From Haliotis rubra (Eukaryota): a DNA stretch of 64,000 bases. This document shows, piece by piece, positions 39,742-53,353 of the stretch; within the stretch, counting starts at the first letter, position 1; each line of letters begins with the position of its first letter. The position numbers and the translations under genes were made by a program. The stretch is taken from assembly GCF_003918875.1 (NCBI RefSeq), contig NW_025767173.1, forward strand, positions 62,001 to 126,000. The letters are read 5' to 3'. The notes under the pieces were generated by a model. It had not been told where the DNA came from. It was given only the letters and a program-made list of their open reading frames with translations, and searched no databases.

Positions 39742-40760
39742 ATTCAGACTCAGACTCGTTTATTCAATACTACAGGCCCTATGACCTAAGGTGCAATTAC
39801 ACCAGAACATATTATTTTGTCACGTGGATGTGATATATTAAACAAAACTTATAATTAAGAACGGCGTGCATTAAATAGATGCTTCAAATATAATGATAGT
39901 AATTTGATGTTGGAGATTTTGTGAAGAAATAAGTTTGATGAAGTTACAATTGTTTGGCACAACAGAAGTTAACCAAGGTAAATATTTCATTCGGAGTGCA
40001 GAATATTTTGGACAGGAAAATAATATGTGAACTTCATCTTCGATGTCGGGATCCATGCAATGTTCACAGCAGATGTTATAGTCGTACTGTTGTTTCTCCT
40101 TCCTGTATGCATTTACCTTCAGATTGTTCAATGCTATTCTGAATTCACAGAATGCACGTACCAAAGACTTGTCTTCGAGACAGGTAATATATGTTTCTGT
40201 GTTAAAATCAGTTTTAAATCCAGAGTATAATGACAGATAACTTGAGGTAGAAACAGACAAATGCAAATCCTGGATAATGATATCCTGTAACCTTTGTTTG
40301 AAAGTGCTGAGAAATAGCTTCTCGTCACCAACCTGTTGTGATAACCAAGTCCATGCGAAACCTGTTGAAAAGAGCAGAGATCTAACCTCCGACACCCAGT
40401 TATGTCTTCCATTATCGTCTAAAGATTTAAGAAGAAGATAGCTCTGCCTTGGTTATCTAAAGGAGTCCAGTCGTAGTAGTTTCAACCAGTATTTGACTAC
40501 TCTCATGCTGGTATACACAAACACACTGCAGCGACCTGTTTCACCCAATATTGCTTTGTTTGATGCAAATTTCCCAACAGATATGAATCGTTTAAGGAAT
40601 GCGGTATGGACCTTTTCAATTGCTTCATTGTATAGTCTTCCCCATATCTCGGAGCCATAAAGAAGGATTGGTAAAATTTTGCAGTGGAAGATAGGCATTG
40701 CTGTAGAGAACATCCTTGCTTGGTTACGTTTAAATAGCTGGTATAGTTAATGCTTAACAT
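39742..40760 (-). mobile_element. 5'-truncated LINE (RTE-X-like) 3' end
   Basis: KILPILLYGSEIWG, LGETGR, KYWLKLL, CEHC..EDEVHILFSC, then AATAAA and a (tctgag)n tail. Confidence 0.85.
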
Positions 40761-40774
40761 ATACAGTTGTAGAG

Positions 40775-40970
40775 TAAGGGGCGACTAACGGGATCGGGTG
40801 GTCAGACTCGCTGGCTTGGTTGACACATGTCATCGTATCCCAATTGCGTCGATCGATGCTCATGCTGTTGATCACTGGATTGTCTGGTCCAGACTCAATT
40901 ATTAACAGGCCGCCATCATATAGCTGGAATATTGCCTTGTGGCATAAAAGTAATTAACTCACTCACTCAC
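40775..40970 (+). mobile_element. SINE family B
   Basis: ggcgactaacgggatcgggtggtcaga...tagctggaatattgc...actcactcactcac. Confidence 0.85.
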
Positions 40971-42335
40971 TACAGATGTATAACGGTGGTACATGTGTAC
41001 ACACGTACAAATGTATACACAGCTACCTCGAACATACTTATCCGTATCGCATAGATATGCTGTAAACGTTTCCGGTTTGGAACAATATAGACTTGGTGTA
41101 TGATTCCTATAGATACGGCTTTACGCTCAGACACATATGAACACAACTACCTCTGACACACAGTTTATCTCTATGACGTGGAGGTGCATGGTATCCCCAG
41201 TGTGAGAGAAAGCGTGATATCAAAATAACCTGAGAGCCGGTTCATAAAAAAAGAGCTGAAGGAACATTTTACAAAATCAGTCTCTAGTCGTTAAAGACAT
41301 GAACAGTCTCGTTATATGAACGAACCAGCTTCGTTCCCTTTCTACTTCTACGTATGTCAAAACGCCCGTATTACTCACGGTCGAACAGCCGAATAATCCA
41401 CACCCAGTGGGGGACAAATTCAATATATTCAAAATTCATTGAGCACTGACAATACCCAGGTGTCTCTCGCCATCCGGCTTTTTGTGTAGCTGTATAGATT
41501 AAAACTCTCTGCTTTGGAAACTCTCAATGTATATTTACACATGTTTGCATGTCTGGTAATAAAAGTAGTACCCGACGTCGCTGAGGGCAGACTGATCGAA
41601 AACTTACCTTCAGTATGAATCCTGTCAACTGTGTGGTGATTCTGTGTTGCATTGCAGTGATCACATGTGTGGAGATTCCGTCACGTGCCAGGGGACGGCG
41701 TGCATTATATACAGCAGTAAAAGAAGTAAAAGGTAAGCGAAATTAATAACTACTTTCATTCATCTGTTCTAATAATTATGGTTAATCTTATAGACATTTA
41801 AAATATTTGGGATAAGCCTTATTGCAATATTTTATATACAGATCATAATATGTTTTGCTCAAGAATGATGTAGTTGTATATGCACGTACCTTGTGGGCTA
41901 TTACTACTAAGCACGGCATATAGCCGAAGAAACTGGCATAGGATGCAAGTGCTCATTGGTTTAATGAAACTTTAGAGCTCGTTTATTGCCACACCACCAA
42001 ATACAACAAGTATGGTGATTCGTAATTCTAATCCCTGATAAGCAAGTACACGCCTTCAAATGACACGATATTGGTTCTAGACCTACTGGCGACACATTAA
42101 CATTTAAGTCATTTCAGTCGAGTATCAGAACAGAAAATAGTCTCATCTAATGGATGTGTAAGTCGATCGATATCCTGGTAAAACGACAATGAATAAATCA
42201 CAACCAACTGTCCATTCCTTACATAATCATAGCACGTTTAAACAAAGACGTCACATATGCTTATTACTGTTACAATGTTCGGATGTGCCACATACAACAA
42301 CTAAGAAGGTTTACAACACGGTTGAAGCACTTCGG

Positions 42336-42498
42336 GAGGCCGTGGGGTAGCCTACCGGTTAAAGCGTTCGCTCGACACGCCGAAGGTCCTGGTTCCATTC
42401 CCCGCATGGGTACAATGTGTGAAGCCCATTACTGGTGTCCCCCTCGTGATATTGCTGAAACATTGCTAAAAGAGGTGTAAAACTAAACTCACTCACTC
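42336..42498 (+). mobile_element. SINE family A
   Basis: Matches 20656..20827. Confidence 0.85.
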
Positions 42499-42741
42499 AA
42501 GACCATCGAAAACCATCTTGTCATTTGCAACTTCAGCATATTTTTACTTAGCACGTGCATTCCTTTGTAATATTCTTTAGCATGTTATAATTAAGTTTAA
42601 CTACGCTTCGCTTGCTTGCAAATTATCAAGGCTGTACCTAAACCATTTTAAACAATTTTGAAACATTTCTTGTAAGGCAAGTTCTTTGCCATTCTTGGAA
42701 TTTTCCGCAATATATATATGTATACAGACACACGCATATGC

Positions 42742-42781
<40 letters not shown>

Positions 42782-42784
<3 letters not shown>

Positions 42785-44058
42785 CACAACCAGAAATTAT
42801 TGAGAATTTAAAGATTGTATTTTTTATCACTCATTACTCTCGTATTAAATGTGAATATTAGCAGAACATAACTCCAGATTCAAAGACAGGTGAACAGTTA
42901 GTATTTTGTCAAGTCACCATGGGCAGCAATGCAGGCTCAATGCGGCGGGGCATACTACTGATCAAAGAAGTTAGAAAGTCGTGGTCCTTGCTGTCCCAAT
43001 ATCGGACCACCTCTTCTTTCATTTCAGCAATATTTGTCAGATTTTTCTTATTGACATTTTCCTTCATAAGTCCCCAAACATTTTCTATTGGATTTAGGTC
43101 AGGGCTATAGCTTGTCCAATCTAATAATGTCATATTTTGGGTCCGAAACCAGGCCTGTGAATGCTTTGAACGATGGTTTGGATCGTTGTTCTGCTGGAAA
43201 ATCCAAAACTTTCCATAGAACACATGAGCAGATGGAAGTAAATTTTCCGCTCACTGTTCATATTCCCTTCAAATACACAGAGGGGCGTTGCCCCTAACAC
43301 AGATATGCCACCCCACACTTCAAATTTAGGACTGTACTTTGGGCGCTGACACAAAGGTTTCTCAGTTTGTTTGGTCCAGAATTTCAAGTGTATTAGGAAA
43401 CAGCCACACAGAACTTTCATCTGAGAAAATCACATTGTCCCAGTTAAAATTTCTATGCTGTAAGCACCAGTTCAACCTTCGCTCCTTTTGTTCAGGTTTC
43501 ATGATAGGTGATGGAATACCTCGACTTTTCGGCCAACCCATTACATGCAGCTCAGTTCTAATTGTCTCCTTACAGACAGCCACGGTTCCTCAATCAATCA
43601 TATCCAGCCTTAAGTTTTCTAAACTCCTTCGTTTGTTTTTAGAAACAAGAATACCAAGCCGCCTCCTGTCACCGACAGTCAATTTTCCCGGCCTACCTGC
43701 GCCTCCCTTGTGCCATATCCAATGCCATATCCATTTGCAATAGTTTTCAAAACACAATAAACAGTGGACACACGGATGCCTGTTCTACTTGAAATCACTT
43801 TAGCTGATCTGATGTCCTTGTTATAATACTCTAAAATCAACTTCCTCTTCTCTAAATCATCCATACTGAGGATCACTGAAAATGTCGTCTGCTAGCAAGT
43901 AAACAAAGGGGGAAAACGCTTCACAAACTAATGAAAAAGGATTAACGTAGTTGTCTCTCTTGAATGAAACCAAGCACTTGATAGCTGGTCAAGGTTGTTT
44001 ATACTAGAAATCCAATTAAACATATTCCTAAAATTCTCAATAATTTCTGGTCATACTA
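42782..44058 (-). mobile_element. Degenerate Tc1-like transposon, about 1.28 kb
   Basis: TIR core accagaaattattgagaattt at both ends, inserted in a TA run. Fragmented transposase: VIFSDESS, VWGGIS, FQQNNDPNH (second D changed to N), SPDLNPIENVW. Confidence 0.88.
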
Positions 44059-44109
44059 TATACACAAGTATGTATATATATATACACACAGAGAGAGAGA
44101 GAGAGAGAG

Positions 44110-46950
44110 AGTGGTGTGCGTATTCGTGCTTGCACATTCCTCCTGGTATCATATAGCAGTGTACGTATACATGCATGCACATTCATCCTGATTTCATACA
44201 GTGGTGTGCGTATACATGCATGCACGTTCACCCTGGTTTCATAAAGGAGACTGTGTATACGTGCATGCACATTCATCCTGGTTTAATACAGGAGTGTGTG
44301 TATGCGTGCATGCACATTCCTCCTGGTTTCACAAGCAGAGTGTATATGTGGACGCACGTTCATCCTGGTTTCATACAGCGGTATGGGGATACGTGCATGT
44401 ACATTCCTCCTAGTTTCATACAGGAGTGTGTGTATACGTGCATGCACATTCATCCTGGTTTCATAAAGCAATATGCGTATACGTGCATGCACATTCCTCC
44501 TGGTTTCATACAGTGGTGTGCGTGTACGTGCATGCACATTCATATTGGATTCATACAGAGGTGTAAGTGTACGTGCATCCACATTCATCCTGGTTTCATA
44601 CAGGATTATGTGTATACTTGCATGCACATTCATATTGGCTTCATACAGGACTGTGTGTACATGTGCATGCACATTCATCCTGGTTTCATACAGGAGTGTG
44701 TGTATACGTGCATGCACAGTCATCCTGGTTTCATACAGCTGTGTGTGTATACGTGCATGTACATTCCTCCTGGTTTCATACAGAGGTGCACGTATACGTT
44801 CATGCACATTCATCCTGGTTTCGGCCGCCTCCGTGGTGTAGTGGTAAGAGCCTCCGCCCGGAGACTGGAAGGTCGCGGGTTCGATCCCCGACCGCGTCAT
44901 ACCAAAAGACGTTAAAATATGGTACTTGTTGGTCCCTGCCTGGCGCTCGGCATTAATGGGTACAACAAGGACTGGTCGGCTCGGAGTCACTATAATGTGT
45001 CTAGTGGGGTATTCATGCTTCACTGCGGTATGGTATCTCAGTGGGCTAGCACTATAAAACCAGTTTAAGTCTGGACTAGTACAAGCAGCCTCACATACAC
45101 ATACACATGCATGCACATCGTCATATGAGCGGAATATTCTTAAGCACGACGTTAATCCCAATTTCACCTCACCTCACTTCATCCTAGTTTCAGACGGATG
45201 TGTGAGTATACGTGCATGCACATTCATCCTTGTTTCATACAGCAGTGTGTGTATACGTGCATGTACATTCATATTGGTTTCATGCAGGAGTGTGTGTATA
45301 CGTGCATGCACATTCATCCTTGTTTCATACAGTGGTGTGTGTATACGTACATGCACATTCATCCTGGTTTCATACAGGAGTGAGTATATGTGCATGCACA
45401 TTCATCCTGGTTTCGTACACCAGTATGTGTATGTGTATACGTGCATGCACATTCATCCTGGTTTCATACAGGAGTGTGTCTCTACAAGCATCCACATTCA
45501 TATTGGCTTCATACAGGAGCGTGTGTTTACGTGCATGCACATTCATATTGGTTTTATACAGGACTGTGTGTATACGTGAATGCACATTCATCCTGGTTTC
45601 ATACAGAGGTGTGTGTATAAGTGCATGCACATTCATACAGATTTCTTACAGCTGTGTGTGTATATGTGCATGCACATTCATCCTGGTTTCATACAGGAGT
45701 GTGTCTCTACAAGCATCCACATTCATATTGGCTTCATACAGGAGCGTGTGTTTACGTGCATGCACATTCATATTGGTTTTATACAGGACTGTGTGTATAC
45801 GTGAATGCACATTCATCCTGGTTTCATACAGAGGTGTGTGTATAAGTGCATGCACATTCATACAGATTTCTTACAGCTGTGTGTGTATATGTGCATGCAC
45901 ATTCATCCTGGTTTTTATACATGAGTGTGCGTATACCTGCATGCACATTCATATTTATGTCGTGGAGGGGTGTGTGTATACGTGCATGCACATTCATGCT
46001 GGTTCCATGCAGGAGTGTGCGTATACGTGCATTCACATTCGTATTGGTTTCATACATGAGTGTGTGAATACCTGCATGCACATTCATCCTGCTTTCATAC
46101 AGGGGTGTGTGTTTTCGTGCATGCACATTCATATTGGTTTCATACAGTAGTGTGTGTATATGTGCATGTACATTCATCCTGGTTTCATACAGGGGGGGCT
46201 GTATGCATGCATGCACATTTATATTGGATACGTACAAGATTGTGTGTATACGTGCATGCACATTCATCCTGGTTTCATGCAAGAGTGTGCGTATATGTGC
46301 ATGCACATTCATATCGGTTTCATACAGGAGTGTGTGTATATGTGTATACATATTCATCCTGGTTTTAAGCAGGAGTTTGTGTATGCGTGCATGCACATTC
46401 ATCCTGGTTCGTACAGGAGTTTGTGTATATGTGCATGCACATTCATTTTGGTTTCATACAGGAGTCTGTGTATATGTGAATGCACATTCATCCTGGTTCG
46501 TACAGGAGTCTGTGTATATGTGCATGCACATTCATTTTGGTTTCATACAGGAGTGTGTGTATACGTGAATGCACATTCATAATGGCTCATATAGTAGTGT
46601 GTGCATCCGTGCATGCACATTCATATTGGTTTCATACAGTAGTGTGTGTATACGTGCATGTATTTTTATATTGGTTTCATACAGAGGTGTGTGTATACTT
46701 GCATGCACATTCATTTTGATATCATACAGCGGTGAACGTACACACTCATGCACATTCTTCCGGGTTTCATACAGGAGTGTGTCTGTACGAGCATCCACAT
46801 TCATATCGGTTTCATACAGGAGCGTGTTCATACGTGCATTCACATTCATATTGGTTTCATACAGAGGTGTGTGTATACGTGTATGCACGTTCATCCTGAT
46901 TTCATACAGCGGTGTGCGTATACGTGTATGCACATTCTTCCCGGTTTCGT
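44110..46950. repeat. 45-bp minisatellite (cattcatcctggtttcatacaggagtgtgtgtatacgtgcatgca)n
   Basis: Directly visible tandem array that generates many spurious overlapping ORFs. Confidence 0.97.
44823..45177 (+). mobile_element. tRNA-derived SINE family C inserted in the 45-bp minisatellite
   Basis: A box tggtgtagtgg, B box ggttcgatccc, (cacct)n tail, flanked by ttcatcct.gtttc. Confidence 0.88.
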
Positions 46951-48433
46951 AGTTTTAGTGTTAGGTGCCATTCCTTACTGTAAGAATATTATCGTAATCA
47001 AAAACATCATACTAATTCTGTGTGAGCTGTTTTCATCCTAATGTCATAAATACGGGACATCAGACAGGGCATCAAATAATACCAACATTCTTTATATGAT
47101 CAATTAACACTCACTAAAATAATCATATTTACGGAAATGTGTTTGATGGCCTGTTCTTGTTTATATTTCAGAATTCCCTAACTTTGTTTTTGGATTTGGC
47201 CGATTGTTGAATTGGTTGTGTGAACTGTTGAGGAGAAGAGATTCCGGACGGATTTGTTTTCAAGGGAAGCTGCTTCCAGCCAGAGAACAAAGGCTTTAAG
47301 AAGCTGGAGCACTAACGAAGGACAACAATATATACGTCGTACATAGAGTGAGGGAGTCATGCTACAGCGGGAACTAGGGCTACAATAGCGTCGGGAAGCT
47401 AGTTAACTACATTATAATTAAGATCAGATTATAATCCGTGAAGCCTGTAGTATAGACAATGGATTGAGACTGAATGTTGATGAGTTGATGCTTAACACTT
47501 GTACATATGCCTTTCCATCCTTATTCTGATCATCACTTGCTTGATAACGGCGTTAGAACAGAAAAGTCGCTGTAATAAAGAAGTTGAACATCCATACATT
47601 GTTATCCTTCCTTAACCATACAACTGGTCGCCATTGGCTCCAAAGAGAAACTGAATGTACAGTATGTTTATTTCATTGTACTGCAGTAGGTGGTTGGCTT
47701 GAATGAAATGATTAATAATTAACGCTACGAACGCTTTGTAGATCGGAACCCAGAGCCCCATGCATTACACTATCTTAAGTGAAATGACAACGTAAGTTCA
47801 AAAGTTTGCATTATTACAGTTATGATCAATGTGAGCACAAATCTAATATGTGTTACAGGAAAATAACCCTTTGTGTATACCAGTGTACCGTTATATGTGT
47901 GCCAGTCTCTCCTACTCCTCATATTTGGTCTGTTTTCAGTGAATAATAGCTGCCATAATAGCTACGAATAAAACTTAATCGCCGTTCCCCATGTTAATTT
48001 ATACGTCGCTGTATGCTGATTTTGAAATACAAAGCTCATTTGAGGTCAGTGTTTGTATTAGTAATACAAATAATAATGACGTATGAGGACCGCCAAAACG
48101 ACTGTTTATCAGACTCATGTCTGCCTGTCTTTTATCTTTTAAAAACTTTAAAATATATTTCCAGTTGTATTACGCCGTGTCAGCTTGACGTGGGGGGAGA
48201 TAGCAGATAATGCAGGTCTTACAGTGAAACCCAAGGGTCAGGACAACCGGGACTCGAACCTACGATAATAGTTTTCTCGCACGCCTGATCATAACACCCT
48301 TGAACATCCTGGTTAGAATTGGTCTTTAGCCACTCATACATGTCGAGATTGATTGGTCAGACTCGCTGTCTTTCTTGACACGTCATCGTTTCCAAATATT
48401 TTTAGATCGATGCTCATGATGTCGATCACTGGA

Positions 48434-48668
48434 GTGAGTGAGTGAGTTTAGCTTTACGCTGCACTTAGCACTATTCCAGCGATATGGGGGTGGTCTGTAA
48501 ATAATCGAGTCTGGACGAGACAATCCGGTGATCAACAGCATGAGCACCGATCTGCGCAATTGGGAACCGATGACATGTGTTAACCAAGCCAGCGAGTCTG
48601 ACCACCCGATCCCGTTAGTCGCCTCTTACGACCAGCTGAAGGTTCATTCTAACCCGGACCTTCACGGG
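48434..48668 (-). mobile_element. SINE family B nested antisense inside an older family-B copy (48300..48700)
   Basis: 14-bp TSD tgtcgatcactgga at 48420 and 48669. Confidence 0.88.
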
Positions 48669-48889
48669 TGTCGATCACTGGAATGCCTGTTTACAGACTA
48701 GAGCCACATAGTTTGAATACCAAACATCATACATACAAACCTAAGGGCAACAACTCTGTACAGGAACTTGTAGTTCCTGAGAAACTACACTGTTGTGGCA
48801 ATTACAATTCACTAAATTTTCTGATAAATGAAGCATTCTATGTAGTATGTATTTCACTTCCTCGGTGCATCCTCGGTACACTGACGGTA

Positions 48890-49960
48890 ATGTGGTCAAT
48901 AAACTTCATTCTTCATACAGACAGTGTGGTAAAGGTGAGATATGCATACACCAGAAATGTGCAAATTACACACCGCATCGCATTTAACCCCTGGCCCTTC
49001 ACCACAAGCCCATGCACCCGACACGGACTAGCCATGTCAGACCCAGTGACCTACTTTCCAAACGTCAACATCAACGCTCTCTTGCTTCTCTCAGGGGACG
49101 TGGAAGTGAACCCAGGCCCACGAGCAACCTTAGACAGCATTGGTAATGACATTACACGTTTGATTCAAGAGATGAAGGATATGAAATGTGAATTTAAGAA
49201 AGACATTCAGGAAGTAAAAGATGAAGTTGTAAGTATCCGCAGTGAATGTCAATCTTTAAGCAAAACTGTAAATAATATTGGAAATGACGTCGAAGATCTG
49301 AAATGCAACCAGGAGGTGCTACGACTGGACGTTACTGCTCTAGACACCCATATTAATGACATCGAAGCAAATCTTGAAGCCAGAATAAACAAAAACAATG
49401 GCACTGTTAAAAATGAACTCGACAAGATGGATATATATACAAGAAAAAATAACGTTATTTTCTACGACATAGCAGAAAATGAAAATGAATCATACAGTGA
49501 TAGAAAAAGTCTTATTGTCGACACATTACGCAATACTGTACCCGACAGGGAATGGAACGTTCGTGATATAGATAAGTCATACAGACTTGGACGAAAATCC
49601 AGTGGACGTTGTAGGCCGCTGCTCTTACGTTTTCTACATGAGGTTGACAAACTAGCTATCATCAAAAACAGAAGTCAGTTTAAAAGTGTAGGCATCGGCG
49701 TGTCCAACGACCTGACAGTGAACCAGAGAAGTGCGCTGCAGGAGCTGAAGGCCGAAAACAAGAGAGGTTACTTCAAGAACGGTAAACTGTATGTGTCCAG
49801 CGTGCCGCCAGCCCGGCGCACTCGATCACGTGCTGCTCCCGTTACGTGTAACGGTAGACCGCACGTACAACAGGGAAGCGACGTACGCCCGATTGTCAGT
49901 CAAGAACAGACCAGTTACATACCGAGCGAGGCAGGCAACGGAGAGTCGCCTGTCTTATAG
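48890..49960 (+). CDS. LINE ORF1 with N-terminal 2A-like (StopGo) peptide
   Basis: Open frame with LLLLSGDVEVNPGP at 49079..49120, followed by a heptad coiled coil and RNA-binding domain. The start codon is uncertain (48890 or 49034). Confidence 0.8.
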   Translation: MWSINFILHTDSVVKVRYAYTRNVQITHRIAFNPWPFTTSPCTRHGLAMSDPVTYFPNVNINALLLLSGDVEVNPGPRATLDSIGNDITRLIQEMKDMKCEFKKDIQEVKDEVVSIRSECQSLSKTVNNIGNDVEDLKCNQEVLRLDVTALDTHINDIEANLEARINKNNGTVKNELDKMDIYTRKNNVIFYDIAENENESYSDRKSLIVDTLRNTVPDREWNVRDIDKSYRLGRKSSGRCRPLLLRFLHEVDKLAIIKNRSQFKSVGIGVSNDLTVNQRSALQELKAENKRGYFKNGKLYVSSVPPARRTRSRAAPVTCNGRPHVQQGSDVRPIVSQEQTSYIPSEAGNGESPVL

Positions 49961-52900
49961 CAAACAAGCCAGGCCCAATCAGAATGCCTATCTTTTGTGT
50001 TCTGGAATATAGACGGTATTCAAAATAAACTTCATGATGAGGACTTTATTAACTTTGTGAAAAGCCAGGACATTTTTGGTATGATAGAAACATGGTCAAC
50101 TATGAACACTGCTGATTTCCATCAGTATTTTCCAGATTTTGATGCTATGGTTTTGAAAGCCAAACGATCAGCAAGTGTTGGTCGTAACTCCGGTGGCATC
50201 CTTTTATTGATACGAAAATGCCTTAGTACTTATATTACCAGTGTATTTTACACGCAACTGGGTATACACATTTTGTTTAAAAGTGATCTTTTTGCATTTG
50301 ATAGAGATGTTTTATATTGCTGTGTTTATGTACCCCCAGCAGGTTCTACTTTCTACGCAAAATGTGATGACAAAAACGGAATAACCATATTAGAAAGTGA
50401 TATTCTGGACGTCCTACAGGACTGCACCTCCCAGCCAGTGGTCATACTTGGTGGCGATCTCAATGCTCGGACCGGAAATCTGCACGATTTTACTGATGAT
50501 GATATGACAGGAGAGAATGAAGATCCGTTTGATATACCACGTGTGTCAGAAGACCATACAGTTAATCCATTTGGAAGAAGTTTGATTAACTTATGTATAT
50601 CGCTGGACATCCACATGATGAACGGCAGGTGTGGCAGTGACTCCAGTACCGGTGTGTGTACATACCTGTGCCACAATGGATCTAGTCTGATATGTCTGAT
50701 ATCTACATACCTGTTCTCGATATACAAGTCCTTCGAAGTTGTGTCAAGAGTCGAGTCGCAACACCAAGCAATTAAAGTGACATTACCGTCTGGTTTGCCA
50801 ACGAACACTAACACAGCCAGCGCAGAGGATACACCCAGTTACAGATATGTGTGGAAGGAATGCTTACGTGAGCAATTTGAAGTAGCCCTTATGTCTCAAG
50901 ATTTTCTATTTGCTCTAGATAAAGCTACAGATCTAATTGACAAGAACATTAACCAATCTGTTGGTTTATTCACAGAAAATATACTTGAACATGCATCAAT
51001 GTTTAAGAAGAAAGTCAAACCTTTCTGTAAGAGGCTTAAGAACACTTGGTATGATAGAGAATGTCACCGTAACAAAGTTGAGGCCAGAAAAGCATTGCGA
51101 AAATACAGGACTACGAAGATCCAGTCTCATTTCGATACATACAGAGTTTTGCGTAACAGATATAAGACCACTGTCAGAACCAAGCACAGAACTTTCCAAC
51201 TTCAACAGACATCATTATTGGAAGAAACTCTATGCGATAGCAAAGCGTTTTGGAAGCAGGTCAAGAAAATGAATGGTACTGTGAGACCAGATTATCCCAT
51301 TCCACCTCAGGAATGGTTTGACCATTTCAAAGAACTTTTCTCAGCAGGTGATACCCAGGAAAGGACTACTGCAGGGATTCGTGATATAGACAGTAACCAT
51401 GTTGATACTGCTGATGTCCCCATTACAGCTAAAGAAATCATGGAATCTGTGAATAAATAAAAGAGTGGAAAGTCATCTGGTCCAGATTATATAATACCAG
51501 AATTACTAAAATCATCACTCAAGTATATATTGCCTTACTTAGTAAAACTCTTCAACAAAATCCTTGATATAGGTGTTTTCCCCAACGGCTGGGGAAGTGG
51601 CATTATTGTTCCTATACATAAAAGCGTCTGTCTCAAAGACCCGAATAACTACCGGGGAATTACCTTAAACAGTGTAATTGGAAGGGTTTTCATATCTATC
51701 CTTAACAAGCGCCTATCGACGTGGACTGAAATTAATCACAAGATGTGTGAAGAACAAGCAGGATTTCGTCAGGGCTACTCTACGACGGACAACATCTTCA
51801 CACTAACTGCCTGTGTACAGAAATATCTCAGTAAAAGAAAAGGTCGCTTATATGTTGCTCTAATTGACTTTAGGAAAGCATTTGATTCTATCAATAGAAC
51901 AAAACTGATGGGCGTACTTCGAAACATCAACCTGAGTGGGAAATTGCTGCGCATTATTTAATCTATGTATTCACGAGTGTCAGCTTCTGTTAGATGTAGT
52001 GGAGGATCGTACACGCAAGTCTTTGATTGTCCAGTTGGTCTCAAACAAGGATGTGTTCTTAGTCCGGTCCTTTTCTCTCTGTTCATAAATGGACTCGCTG
52101 ATATGATATTACAGGAGTGCAAAGGCGGAGTACAGCTATACCCAGATCTATACGAACTATTTCTACTGCTGTTTGCTGACGACGTAATCCTAATGTCTGG
52201 CAAGGTCAACGGTCTCCAGCAACAGCTCAACATCCTGTCTACATTCTGTGACACATGGGGCCTGTCAGTTAACCTACAGAAGACAAAGGTTGTCGTCTTT
52301 AGAAGAGGGGGAATCCTTAGACGTTGTGAAAAATGGTTTTACAACGGCAAAGAGATCGAGCCTGTGACAAGCTACAAATATCTAGGGATCATGCTAACAC
52401 CATCCTTGTCTCTGCGCCAATCCGCCCTTCACCTTGCAACTAACGGCAAACGTTCCTTAGTGAACATCTTACGTATAATGTGGGCATATGGAAAGTTACC
52501 ATTCAAGACCTATTTCAAAATATTCGACACCAAAATAAAGCCCATCCTGTTATACGGAAGTGAAATATGGGGACACACACGAGTAGAGGCAATTGAGAGA
52601 GTTCAATATCTTGCTTGTAAACGCTACATTGGAACCGGTACAAACACACCAAATGCTATGGCCCTTGGAGAGTGTGGACGTCATCCTCTGTATGTGGATA
52701 GTGCCGTCAAATGCATCAAGTACTGGATCAGACTCCTTCATCTCCCGTCCCATCGACTACCACGTAAGGCATATGACATGTTGTATAATCTGGACAATGT
52801 AGGTCGACATACATGGTGTTCCGACGTTAGAACCCTACTACAAAATGTTGGAATGTGATATGCTTGGGCTTCACAAGATGTTGGTGTTACGGAATATTTT

Positions 52901-53353
52901 GTTAAGGACTTTAAACAGCGTTTAAAAGATATCAGTTCTCAACAGTGGCATGACGTTTTAACCAGCAGCTCAAGATATGACACATTCTCAACATACAAAA
53001 CAACTCTTGATGCTGAAGAATATTTATTAGACTCTTCACTACGAACTTTTGCGCGCCAGTTTGCTCTTGCAAGAGTTGGACATACAAGTCTACAGATTGA
53101 CAGAGGCCGGATATCAAATATTCCCCGTGAGCAACGTATCTGCCCACACTGTGATCGATATGAAATCGAAGATCTTTATCATTTTACTTTGATATGCCCT
53201 TCCCTTGACACCATCAGAAAAGCTATTCTACCAAGTTATGTGATCAGGAACCCATCAGTACACATGTTCTCAAAACTTATGTCAACAACTTCACACTCTG
53301 TGCTTAGAAAATTAATGGCATTCATTCATGTTGCTTTTAAGAAGCGAAAATGA
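49961..53353 (+). pseudogene. LINE ORF2 (APE endonuclease and reverse transcriptase) with in-frame stops at 51458, 51959, 52856 and a distal frameshift
   Basis: ORFs 49997..51460, 51530..51961 and 51965..52858 share one frame and contiguous motifs. Confidence 0.9.

Noticed and set aside
44037-47041. Numerous His/Cys-rich ORFs, up to 312 aa
   Set aside because: Products of the 45-bp minisatellite; open in many frames on both strands and interrupted by a SINE.
48668-48889. N-terminal part of the 430-aa ORF
   Set aside because: Starts at a GTG inside a SINE/TSD junction; probably chance open frame upstream of the real ORF1.
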